Shown here one piece after another: positions 48,105-57,212 of a DNA stretch of 64,000 nt. This stretch comes from Candidatus Omnitrophota bacterium (lineage in GTDB: Bacteria > Omnitrophota > Gorgyraeia > JABMRN01 > RBG-13-46-9), in the NCBI GenBank assembly GCA_013203315.1, contig JABMQJ010000007.1:3270-67269 (forward strand). Direction: 5' to 3'. Both the position numbers and the translations under genes were made by a program. Every line of letters begins with the position of its first letter. The first letter of the stretch is position 1. The notes below the pieces were generated by a model. It did not search any database. It was not told where the DNA came from and was given only the letters and a program-made list of their open reading frames with translations.

Positions 48105-49430
48105 TTAAAAAGGTAAAAATTTCCTCCATAGCTGTACCAGATGTTTAAATTGTTTTCTTATGTATGAAAATCTGAAATAATAGTTAAGAAAAGCCCATTC
48201 CTTAAGGTTCTTCAGGGTCTCTTTCGACATATTTTTGTTGCGTACGACCGGGGTAAAAGAATTAAACTTCTCCCAATCGGGCTCTGTTATAAGTTTCTTG
48301 ATCCGTCTATAAAATTCTGTTCCCGGAAAAGGCGTGAGAATGTGAAATTGCGCCAAAAAAGTATTTAATTTCTTTGCGTAACTAACGGTTTCTTTTATAG
48401 TCTGGACCGTATCGTCCGGAAGCCCCAGGAGATAAAACGCTATTATTTTAATGCCTTTTTTTTCGCAGTATCTGATGATCCTTTCCTGGCGTTTTATGTC
48501 CACGGCTTTTCTGCTGGCTTTGTCCAGGAGATCCTGCCTGGCCGACTCGATTCCGAGATTAATGGCTTTTAAGCCCGCCTTGTACATGCTATCAATCAAG
48601 CTTTCGTCAAGCAAATCGGTTCTCGTCTCGCAGGCCCATTCAAGATTAAATTTATTTTTGATCATGCCTTCAGCAATTTGCCTGGATCGCTCTTTATCCA
48701 ACGTGAATAGCGGATCCCGGAATAAAAGGCCTTTTATTTTAAATCGATCTTTCAAATATTTTATTTCTTCAATTACGTTCTCCGGGCTTCTCGCCCTCCA
48801 GTTTTTCTGGTACGTGAGATATGGGCAATAATTACAGGCAAATGCGCAACCCCTGCTTGATTGCATGGAAAGGAACGGCTTCTTTCTTATCGAAGGGGAA
48901 TAATAGTAGTTACTAATATCAAAAAAATCCCATTTCGGAAAAGGTAACTTATCCAGCTCCTGCAAAGAAGGGCTATCTACCACACCTTTTGGAATAAAGC
49001 CTTTTGAAATTTCCATCGCCGCATGTTCGGGTTCGCCTTTTATGATAAAATCCCCGAATTTAAGGTATTCATCGGTTAAGTACCCCGCAAATGGCCCTAT
49101 GAAACCTATTTTAGCCTCCGGGTATTTCTTTTTTATTTCCGAGGCCCTGCGCAATTCTGACTTATAATCTACTATTGAAGAAGCCAGAATAAATAAATCC
49201 CCCTGTGGTATTTTATCGCCGTGCATAACTTCAATTTCATGCCCACCTTTCGAAAATATGCTTGCCATATACCCCAGGCTTAATATCGGAATGTTTCGTA
49301 AAACTTTTTTCTGCCGCATAATCCATCTGGCAAAAAAAGATTCTCCGACCTGGGTGTTAATTCCGTAACCCCCCATTTGGTCCTTATTTACAGCGCTATC
49401 CGAGGTTCGTTCAACTAATACTATTTTCAT
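48105..49430 (-). CDS. B12-binding domain radical SAM enzyme
   Basis: SSRGCAFACNYC motif. N-terminal Rossmann-like domain. Confidence 0.7.
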   Translation of the reverse strand: MKIVLVERTSDSAVNKDQMGGYGINTQVGESFFARWIMRQKKVLRNIPILSLGYMASIFSKGGHEIEVMHGDKIPQGDLFILASSIVDYKSELRRASEIKKKYPEAKIGFIGPFAGYLTDEYLKFGDFIIKGEPEHAAMEISKGFIPKGVVDSPSLQELDKLPFPKWDFFDISNYYYSPSIRKKPFLSMQSSRGCAFACNYCPYLTYQKNWRARSPENVIEEIKYLKDRFKIKGLLFRDPLFTLDKERSRQIAEGMIKNKFNLEWACETRTDLLDESLIDSMYKAGLKAINLGIESARQDLLDKASRKAVDIKRQERIIRYCEKKGIKIIAFYLLGLPDDTVQTIKETVSYAKKLNTFLAQFHILTPFPGTEFYRRIKKLITEPDWEKFNSFTPVVRNKNMSKETLKNLKEWAFLNYYFRFSYIRKQFKHLVQLWRKFLPF

Positions 49431-50835
49431 TGCATAAATAGGATTGAATCAATCCGTTAATTTCCGTTTTCCACATTGCATACAACGGAAACAGTAGTAT
49501 AAGAAGCGGTATAAGCGGAGAAAAATGGGTTATAACATTAAGATTTCGTATATGGTGTGTGGTTATGTTATGCAGCCATTGGGCAAGATTCGAATTTAGG
49601 CCTTTAAATGCAAATAGCCCAATGTTTATAAAGGAACTGTCCGCGTCACCGTATTGAACCCCGCACCAGTTAATAAGCATAGACAGTGCGGCTACCCAAA
49701 GTATTATTTTGTATTTAACTTTTCTATAGACAAATACAAGCGGTATCATTAGAAAGGGTACAAAACACAAAAGATACCTTGGTCCGAAATCTCCTCCCCA
49801 CGGCCATATCCAATTGGCGAACATGGCGATGACGATAAAAACAGAAAGTGAGAATGCGGATATTAAAAGTATCTCGGCCATATATTTTTTTTCCGGTTTC
49901 TTAAAAAAAAGAGCTATTCCGTAGACTGAAAAAAGCAGCACCGGCATATACATAAACATACCGCGATAAGTGCCAAAAGTAAGCTCGAATATCATTCTCG
50001 GCCGCGGGAAAGATAGCGGTACGCGCCCTACCATAGCGCTGTAAGTAGTAGCCATCGCGAACGGATTATCGAAACATCGGTAGTGATAATATGCATATAT
50101 GGCGCCGATTGATAAAGCGCCCAGAATAAGAAAAACATAATTTAATATTTTATCCTTCCTGAAGCTCAAGATACCATATGCAAAGATAAGGAAAGATCCT
50201 ATGGCCAGCATATAATCCGTAAGTACTGCTAGCCCAAGACATATCCCCGTTAAGAAAAATGAAAGGTTTCCTGATGGTGTACTCTTAGATCTAAATAGTA
50301 AATAAAAAGCGCTAAACAACGCAAAAGCCCCTAATGTTTGGGACAAAAATCTTGTTGAGCAATAAAATAAAATAGTTCCGAACGCGCATATGAAAACGGT
50401 AAGAATCCTTTCTTTCTCCTTCATATCAAATTTTTGCAGCAAATCGTACAGCAAAACCGCGATTACCGCGCCCGGTAGAACTGAAAGAAAAAAAGCGAAA
50501 AAGAGGTTTAAAATACTAAATTCGAAATTCTGGTAGATTGCTTGCGGAATAGCGCTCAATAATGGTTTGAGAATAACATAAAGCGGTGCAGCCAGCAAAC
50601 TTAAGCCGGGAGCAGCGCCTATGTAGTAGTGTCCTTTAAAGAATGCCTTATCGCGGGTATGATCAGAATACTTATCTATAACAAAAGTTCTGTCTTCAAC
50701 AATAGATTTCGTCAATATTATATAACGATTGGTACCGGCAGTTACGTAGCCGGGAGCAATATAGAACAGGTAGACAAGCAATACCGTTAAGAAGATCTTA
50801 ACTTTGGTATTCCGTAGTATCTGCATATTTTTCAT
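49411..50835 (-). CDS. Polytopic membrane protein, unknown (candidate GT-C)
   Basis: 474 aa, about 12 hydrophobic helices. Early loop with acidic residues (EDRTFVIDKYSDHTRD). Confidence 0.35.
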   Translation of the reverse strand: MKNMQILRNTKVKIFLTVLLVYLFYIAPGYVTAGTNRYIILTKSIVEDRTFVIDKYSDHTRDKAFFKGHYYIGAAPGLSLLAAPLYVILKPLLSAIPQAIYQNFEFSILNLFFAFFLSVLPGAVIAVLLYDLLQKFDMKEKERILTVFICAFGTILFYCSTRFLSQTLGAFALFSAFYLLFRSKSTPSGNLSFFLTGICLGLAVLTDYMLAIGSFLIFAYGILSFRKDKILNYVFLILGALSIGAIYAYYHYRCFDNPFAMATTYSAMVGRVPLSFPRPRMIFELTFGTYRGMFMYMPVLLFSVYGIALFFKKPEKKYMAEILLISAFSLSVFIVIAMFANWIWPWGGDFGPRYLLCFVPFLMIPLVFVYRKVKYKIILWVAALSMLINWCGVQYGDADSSFINIGLFAFKGLNSNLAQWLHNITTHHIRNLNVITHFSPLIPLLILLFPLYAMWKTEINGLIQSYLCNENSIS

Positions 50836-50842
50836 TTATTGC

Positions 50843-51784
50843 TTACGGCTTATTCTTAAACCATTCGACGGCGCGCTTAAGGCCTTCGTCGAATTGGATG
50901 AAACTTGTTATTCCCAGCTTATCCTTAAGCTTGGTGACGTCGGCAAGAGTTTTTCTGACATCCCCAGCCCTACTGGGCCCGAGCTTAGGTTTAATGTCTT
51001 TACCGAGAATCTTGTTAACCTTTTCTACTATGCTTAAAACAGTGTTCGCAGAGCCGCAAGCAATATTGAAAACTTGGCCCGATACACCACTTACGGTTGC
51101 GGCCTTTATGTTGGCCTCTACGACGTTATCAACATACGTAAAATCCCTCTCCTGTAAACCGTCTCCGTGTATGGGTGGGGATTCGTTTTTTAGAATGCAG
51201 GTAATGAATTTGGGTATAACAACGGCGTATTGATTATCCAGGGATTGCCTCGGGCCAAATACGTTGAAATATCTTAAAGACACTGTTTCAAGGCCGAAAC
51301 TATTTGAAAAGAGTTTGCAGTAATATTCGTCTATCAATTTTGTGGTCGCGTAAGGAGATATGGGATTTGTTGAATCTTCTTCCCTTTCCGGGAACGTATT
51401 CCTTTCTCCGTAAACCGAGCTTGAAGAAGCGAAAACGACTCTTTTTATCTTATGTTCTTTTGCTTTCATTAGAAGCTTCAGAGTCCCGTTTACGTTCACG
51501 TCATTGTATTCAAGCGGATATTCCATGGATTTCGGAACCGACCTTAAAGCCGCCTGGTGTAATACGAAATCGGTGCCTTTTAGAGCGCCGTCGAGATCTT
51601 TTTCGTTTCTTATATCACCTTTTATAAACGTGATTTTGTCTTTTACCAGCGACAAATTCTCCATTTTCCCCGCATAGAGGTTATCCAGGACGCGAACCCG
51701 GCAACCATTCCCAACAAGTTTTTCGACAATGTTAGAACCGATAAATCCGGCTCCGCCCGTAACTAAAAAAGTGGTTTTATTCAT
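50843..51784 (-). CDS. UDP-N-acetylhexosamine(uronate) 4-epimerase (WbpP/TviC-like GalE-family)
   Basis: [34 protein letters not shown]. Paired with the dehydrogenase upstream, as in WbpO/WbpP and TviB/TviC. Confidence 0.65.
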   Translation of the reverse strand: MNKTTFLVTGGAGFIGSNIVEKLVGNGCRVRVLDNLYAGKMENLSLVKDKITFIKGDIRNEKDLDGALKGTDFVLHQAALRSVPKSMEYPLEYNDVNVNGTLKLLMKAKEHKIKRVVFASSSSVYGERNTFPEREEDSTNPISPYATTKLIDEYYCKLFSNSFGLETVSLRYFNVFGPRQSLDNQYAVVIPKFITCILKNESPPIHGDGLQERDFTYVDNVVEANIKAATVSGVSGQVFNIACGSANTVLSIVEKVNKILGKDIKPKLGPSRAGDVRKTLADVTKLKDKLGITSFIQFDEGLKRAVEWFKNKP

Positions 51785-53106
51785 AACGTAATTATCTTTC
51801 CTTTAAGTTTCCTGCTCTTCGTGTTTACGATTTTTCGCAAGATGCCTCTCGTATCCAGTATTACCTTTGCGTTATCAATCAGGAACCTGTAGTCCAGAGA
51901 AGAGTGGGCAGCGGTTATCACAACGCAATCCTGGCTTCTTAAAAATGCCTTTGTGAACGGCGAGCGTTTAAGATTTATCCCGCTAATTTTCAAAAACGGA
52001 AAGAAAGAATCGTGGTATGATATTTTGGCATTTTGCGCCTGGAGTATTTTAATTACATCTATGGCCGGAGATTCTCTCAAATCTTTCACATCCTTCTTAT
52101 AGGCAACGCCCAAAACGAGAATTTTTGCTTTATTAAGCGTCTTTTTTTGTTTCGCTAATATCCTTTCCAATTTATCTATCGTATATTGCGGCATTAGTTC
52201 GTTTACGGATGAGGCAAGATTGATGAACTTGGTTTCAAATCCGTGTTCCTTTGCCTTCCATGAGAGATATAACGGATCCACCGGTATGCAGTGTCCTCCG
52301 CAACCTGGGCCCGGGTAAAACGGCATGTAACCGTATGGTTTACTTTTGGCGGAATCAATGATTTCCCATATGTCGAGGCCCAACTTGTCGCACAGTACCG
52401 TTATCTCGTTAACAAGGGCTATGTTTACTATGCGAAAGGTGTTCTCTAAAAGCTTCACCATTTCCGCAGCACTCGCGGAAGTTACGGGGATAACCTCGTC
52501 TATTACCTGGTCATAAAGAACCTTGGCAACGGCTGTTGATTTTGCGGAAATACCGCCTATTATTTTCGGTGTATTTTCCGTTTTATAAACCTCGTTGCCC
52601 GGGTCTATCCTCTCCGGAGAAAACGCGAGGTAGAAATCCCTTCCCTCTTTGAGTCCCGTGGATTGCAGGACGGGTAAAAGTATTTCCCTTGTAGTGCCCG
52701 GATATGTGGTAGACTCCAGAACGACTATTTGCCCTTTACGTATGTTATCCCTCACCTTGGTAACAGCCTCTCTTATGTAGGAAATATCCGGTTCCCTGTT
52801 TTTGCCAAGCGGCGTCGGGACACAGATAATTACGGCGTCCAGTTTCTTTATAAACGATGCATCCGTTGTTGCCTTAAAATTTCTACCGTTTAAAGTGCTC
52901 TTAAGCTCTGCGTTAGAGACGTCTGTAATGTAAGAGACGCGCTTTTTAAGCTGCTCTATCCTGTCTTTATCTATGTCTATCCCTATGACATTGAAACCTT
53001 TTTTGGCAAATGACAATGCAAGCGGAAGCCCGACATAGCCAAGGCCGATTACGCCTACTTTGGCTTTTTTACTCTTTATTCTTTTTTTTAAGTTTTTAAT
53101 CGACAT
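51781..53106 (-). CDS. UDP-N-acetyl-hexosamine 6-dehydrogenase (WbpO/WbpA/TviB/WecC-like nucleotide-sugar dehydrogenase)
   Basis: VGVIGLGYVGLPLALSFAKKG N-terminal NAD motif and catalytic Cys context GPGCGGHCIPVDP. Confidence 0.75.
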   Translation of the reverse strand: MSIKNLKKRIKSKKAKVGVIGLGYVGLPLALSFAKKGFNVIGIDIDKDRIEQLKKRVSYITDVSNAELKSTLNGRNFKATTDASFIKKLDAVIICVPTPLGKNREPDISYIREAVTKVRDNIRKGQIVVLESTTYPGTTREILLPVLQSTGLKEGRDFYLAFSPERIDPGNEVYKTENTPKIIGGISAKSTAVAKVLYDQVIDEVIPVTSASAAEMVKLLENTFRIVNIALVNEITVLCDKLGLDIWEIIDSAKSKPYGYMPFYPGPGCGGHCIPVDPLYLSWKAKEHGFETKFINLASSVNELMPQYTIDKLERILAKQKKTLNKAKILVLGVAYKKDVKDLRESPAIDVIKILQAQNAKISYHDSFFPFLKISGINLKRSPFTKAFLRSQDCVVITAAHSSLDYRFLIDNAKVILDTRGILRKIVNTKSRKLKGKIITL

Positions 53107-53999
53107 TTTTCCCTCCCGACATACTCCTTTAACGTTTCTTTCCAGGAGCGCATTTTAAAATTTGTTACCTTTTCGAATTTACTATTGTCCAGTACCGAAA
53201 ACGCGGGCCTTTTAGCGGGCCTGGCCAGATCCTTGCTTTTTATAGGCAACACCTTCACGTTCTCAAGTTTTGCTAATTTTACTATTTCCCTCGCGTAATC
53301 AAACCACGAAACCGCACCTTTATTGGAGACGTGGTATACTTCTTGGATCGTTTTAGATTCCCAGTTCAGCCTGTCCAGAAGCCTACCAATCGCTTCGGCA
53401 AAATCTTTCGTATATGTGGGGCACCCCGCCTGATCGTCTACAACCTTTAATTCGTTTCTTGTCTTTGCGTTATCTATTATCGTATCAACAAAGTTTTTCC
53501 CGTTTGCGCCGTAAAGCCAGCCTGTTCTAAGTATCACATATTTACGTAATGCCACGACTTTTTGCTCTGCAACAAGCTTGGTTTTGCCATAAACGCTTAA
53601 AGGATTAGGCGTATCCTCTTCTGTATAAGGGTTTTTCTTTTCTCCGTCGAACACGAAGTCTGTACTTATGTAAATAAGCGGAATATCTAATTTCGACGCG
53701 GCAAGCGCAATATTTTCGGTTCCGCCCTCGTTTATTTTTTTTGCTTTATCCGGATCTTTTTCACACCCGTCCACATCTGTCCAGGCAGCTGTATGGATTA
53801 CAAGGTCCGGTTTTTCATCTACGATAGACTTTATGGTTTTATCTATATCGGTGATATCGCATTGAATGTCGGATTTTGAAATATCTAAACCCAAGACATC
53901 ATAATTGCGCGATAGCACCTTCGAGAGGTCTACACCGAGCATGCCGTGCGAGCCGGTTACCAGAATTTTTCTTGTCTTTTTTTTAGCCTTTTCCACCAT
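53088..53999 (-). CDS. rmlD: dTDP-4-dehydrorhamnose reductase
   Basis: ILVTGSHGMLG N-terminus and YGKTKLVAEQ. About 300 aa, adjacent to rmlB. Confidence 0.75.
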   Translation of the reverse strand: MVEKAKKKTRKILVTGSHGMLGVDLSKVLSRNYDVLGLDISKSDIQCDITDIDKTIKSIVDEKPDLVIHTAAWTDVDGCEKDPDKAKKINEGGTENIALAASKLDIPLIYISTDFVFDGEKKNPYTEEDTPNPLSVYGKTKLVAEQKVVALRKYVILRTGWLYGANGKNFVDTIIDNAKTRNELKVVDDQAGCPTYTKDFAEAIGRLLDRLNWESKTIQEVYHVSNKGAVSWFDYAREIVKLAKLENVKVLPIKSKDLARPAKRPAFSVLDNSKFEKVTNFKMRSWKETLKEYVGREKCRLKT

Positions 54000-54955
54000 T
54001 TCACATTTTCTTTATACCAAAGAACGGTAGCTTCTAACGCGTCTTTGAATTTATGCTGAGGTTCCCAACCGAGTTCCTTTAGCTTCCTAAAAGTTAAAGC
54101 GTATCGTTTATCATGTCCGGGCCTGTCTTTAACAAATTTTATGAGCTTTTCGTCTTTTCCCAATATTTTTAGCACCATCTTTGTAAGATCTATGTTTCTC
54201 ATCTCGTTTTTGCTGCTGATATTGTATATTTCGCCGACTTTTCCGAAATTAAGTATAAAATCTATCGCGGAACAGTTGTCTTCCACATAGAGCCACTCTC
54301 TTACGTTGCTTCCGTCCGCATAAAGCGGAACTTTTTTATTTTCAAGCGCGTTTGTAACGAAAAGCGGGATAACTTTTTCCGGATATTGGTATGGCCCAAA
54401 ATTATTTGAGCTTCTTGTAATAATCGCGGGGAGATTATGCGTTACAAAATAAGAGCGTACAAGAAGGTCCGCGGCTGCCTTGCTTGCCGCGTAAGGGGAA
54501 TTCGGGGCCAGCATCGAATCTTCGTTAAAATGCCCTTTCACAATACTGCCGTATACTTCATCAGTGCTTATGTGAATAAAGCGGCGTATACCGTTTTCTT
54601 TTGCCGCATCAAGCAAAACCTGCGTCCCGCTGACATTGGTCCTTATAAATTCCCTTGAATCCCTAATAGAACGGTCAACGTGCGATTCGGCGGCAAAGTT
54701 TATAATTGCGTCGATACCTTTAGCTAACTCGGAAACGCACCTCCTGTCGCATATATCCCCTTTCACGAATTTATAACGCTCATCTTTTTCGATATCCTTA
54801 AGGTTCGCGAGATTACCCGAATATGTAAGCTTATCCAGGTTCACTATCTTTATTTTTTGTTTCTCGCCTTTTGTCTTCCGCAGCAAGTACCTGACAAAGT
54901 TCGAGCCTATGAACCCTGCTCCGCCTGTTATTAGTATTTTTTTGAATTTTGGCAT
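53957..54955 (-). CDS. rmlB: dTDP-glucose 4,6-dehydratase
   Basis: [44 protein letters not shown], highly characteristic. Confidence 0.85.
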   Translation of the reverse strand: MPKFKKILITGGAGFIGSNFVRYLLRKTKGEKQKIKIVNLDKLTYSGNLANLKDIEKDERYKFVKGDICDRRCVSELAKGIDAIINFAAESHVDRSIRDSREFIRTNVSGTQVLLDAAKENGIRRFIHISTDEVYGSIVKGHFNEDSMLAPNSPYAASKAAADLLVRSYFVTHNLPAIITRSSNNFGPYQYPEKVIPLFVTNALENKKVPLYADGSNVREWLYVEDNCSAIDFILNFGKVGEIYNISSKNEMRNIDLTKMVLKILGKDEKLIKFVKDRPGHDKRYALTFRKLKELGWEPQHKFKDALEATVLWYKENVKWWKRLKKRQEKFW

Positions 54956-54969
54956 TCTACACCTTTAAT

Positions 54970-56025
54970 TTAAAAATACGCGTCGGGAGATCCGGCGACT
55001 TTACTGAAATCTTCAAGCGCCCTTTCTCTGTCACCTAAGTTTGCATAAATGCTGGAGCGCAATCCATACGCATAAGGTAGCCAGGAGCTCTTATCGCGAC
55101 TCCCTATAATTTCTGTTAAAACCTCTACACTTTCATCAGGCCTTTTTTCATCCCGCAGCAAAAGAGCCAGAAAAAAACGCGTCTTATCCCTTAGAGCCGA
55201 AGAGGCGCTTTTATCCAATATTTCCAGATATAGTTCTTCCGCCGCTTCTTTTCTTCCTGCTAAATGGTAATTCCTGGCCTTGAAATACAAAAATTCGTTA
55301 GGCTCGGAGAATTTTCTTTTATTACTCAGAATATATGCTTCCTGTACGGCATAAACAAATAATTTTCGTAAAAACTCTGGAAAAAATCCGAGTGGTCTGA
55401 TACGCGACCCCTCCTTTGTAACTATGTAGCCCGGCGTCCTATAATACATAGTAAGATTTTCTTCGTTTTCCCACCATGGGTTATAACGGGCGAATTCCCG
55501 AACCCTTTCATTTTTGAGCACTATATCAAAGTCTTCGGTGATATCGGACATCGAAGCCATTTTTCCGTTTTTGTTAAGAAATTCGATATCATAAGCCGCA
55601 TCCACTAAAACCCACCTCTTGCCGTCCCAGGCTTCCGCAATGCTATGCGGCGAAGACCCTTTCGCATTGGATAAAAAAAGTAGCCTTGTGGTTATACCTT
55701 GTTTTTTCGCAAGCTGTATAAAGACCCTGCTTACCTGGTCGCACCACCCTATACCCGAAACAAGCTTGTCAATTCCAACGGTATCCAGTCTATTCTTTTC
55801 GCCGTACACCGGATGCACGTTTTCATGCGTAAAGTTTCTTAAGAGGCGCACCTTTTCCTCGAATACATCGCTTCGGCCTGCAACCTCACCTGATATGTAT
55901 TCCATAAGAATTGAATTATAATTTTTTTCCTTTACCAGTTGGCTAAATAGCACAAAAGAAAAAATTAAAATTATCGCTAAACTTACGAAGAAAATCGGCC
56001 TTTTAATATTGCTAATCGGAAACAT
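54970..56025 (-). CDS. Membrane-anchored transglutaminase-like Cys-protease-fold protein with C-terminal TPR repeats
   Basis: N-terminal TM helix. Cys/His/Asp triad context GIGWCDQVSRVF..HSIAEAWDGKRWVLVDAAYD. The C-terminal ~130 aa are TPR-like. Confidence 0.55.
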   Translation of the reverse strand: MFPISNIKRPIFFVSLAIILIFSFVLFSQLVKEKNYNSILMEYISGEVAGRSDVFEEKVRLLRNFTHENVHPVYGEKNRLDTVGIDKLVSGIGWCDQVSRVFIQLAKKQGITTRLLFLSNAKGSSPHSIAEAWDGKRWVLVDAAYDIEFLNKNGKMASMSDITEDFDIVLKNERVREFARYNPWWENEENLTMYYRTPGYIVTKEGSRIRPLGFFPEFLRKLFVYAVQEAYILSNKRKFSEPNEFLYFKARNYHLAGRKEAAEELYLEILDKSASSALRDKTRFFLALLLRDEKRPDESVEVLTEIIGSRDKSSWLPYAYGLRSSIYANLGDRERALEDFSKVAGSPDAYF

Positions 56026-56034
56026 ATCTTGTAG

Positions 56035-56778
56035 CTACTTTTTTTTGATTTTTTTCGTCACCAGGATATTGGCGCGATGAAGCGAATCAAAGGTTCCGCT
56101 ATCGGTCCACCACCCTTTTAGAATACTGTACGTAAGTTCGCCTTTTTTTAAATACGCGTTATTTACATCGGTAATTTCGAGCTCCCCTCTCCCGGAGGGC
56201 TTTAGCGTCTTTACAATGTCGAAAACCTGATTGTCGTACATATAAATACCTGTAACAATATAATTTGATTTCGTTTTTTTTGGTTTCTCTACGATCCCAG
56301 ATATGCGCATTTTATCATCGAATTCAACGACACCGAAACGCTCAGGATCTGGAACCTTCTGCACCATGACCTTCGCCCCTCTAGGTTGTTCCCTGAAATC
56401 TTCCACTGCCTTTTTTATGCTTTTTTCTATAATGTTGTCTCCGAGAATAACAACTATTTTGTCGTTGTCTGCAAAATGTTCCGCCAGCCCTAATGCCTCG
56501 GCGATACCGCCTTCTCCCTCCTGATAAGTATAATTTATGTGTTTTAGCCCGAACTGATGCCCGTCACCCAAAAGGCGCAGGAATTCGCCCGCGTGATTGC
56601 CGCCTGTAACGATCAAAATATCTTTTATGCCTGCCTCGACAAGGGTTTCTATGGGATAATAGATCATGGGCTTATTGTAAATCGGCAATAAATGCTTATT
56701 TGTAATTTTTGTCAAGGGATACAGTCTTTTACCTAAACCACCTGCTAAGATTACGCCTTTCATGTTTATTTCCTCCAA
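56035..56778 (-). CDS. rmlA: Glucose-1-phosphate thymidylyltransferase
   Basis: MKGVILAGGLGKRLYPLTKITNKHLLPIY N-terminus. Confidence 0.8.
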   Translation of the reverse strand: MEEINMKGVILAGGLGKRLYPLTKITNKHLLPIYNKPMIYYPIETLVEAGIKDILIVTGGNHAGEFLRLLGDGHQFGLKHINYTYQEGEGGIAEALGLAEHFADNDKIVVILGDNIIEKSIKKAVEDFREQPRGAKVMVQKVPDPERFGVVEFDDKMRISGIVEKPKKTKSNYIVTGIYMYDNQVFDIVKTLKPSGRGELEITDVNNAYLKKGELTYSILKGWWTDSGTFDSLHRANILVTKKIKKK

Positions 56779-57212
56779 TCGAACGGTATATCGTTTTTAT
56801 AAGGATCTAACCTGTGTTCATCCGGACTCTTGTGATTATATATCTCTGTCGGTGTGTTTATTACAACTGACTCCTCATCCGCTACCCCTTTGAACCCGTG
56901 ATACACGTTATTCGGAATAGAGACGAGCTTCGGATCCTCGAGGCTAAGTGCGATATCCATTGTTTTCTTAAAAGTAGGAGAGCCTTCTCTTGCGTCATAC
57001 AGCCCTAAACGGATTTTTCCTTTAACACAACAGAAATTATCCCTCTGGAGTTTGTGATAGTGCCAGGCTTTTACAACGCCCGGTTTCACTGTTGTCATAT
57101 AAACCTGTCCGAATTTTTCAAAAAGTTCATCGTCGGAGCGCAATATTTCCATGAGTCTTCCGCGCTCATCAGGAATAATCTTTAATTTTTTTATCTTTAC
57201 ACCCTCTATCAC
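56766..57212 (-). CDS. rmlC: dTDP-4-dehydrorhamnose 3,5-epimerase (short cupin form)
   Basis: IPDERGRLMEIL, SPTF and IPNNVYHGF motifs. 148 aa. Confidence 0.65.
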   Translation of the reverse strand: MIEGVKIKKLKIIPDERGRLMEILRSDDELFEKFGQVYMTTVKPGVVKAWHYHKLQRDNFCCVKGKIRLGLYDAREGSPTFKKTMDIALSLEDPKLVSIPNNVYHGFKGVADEESVVINTPTEIYNHKSPDEHRLDPYKNDIPFDWRK

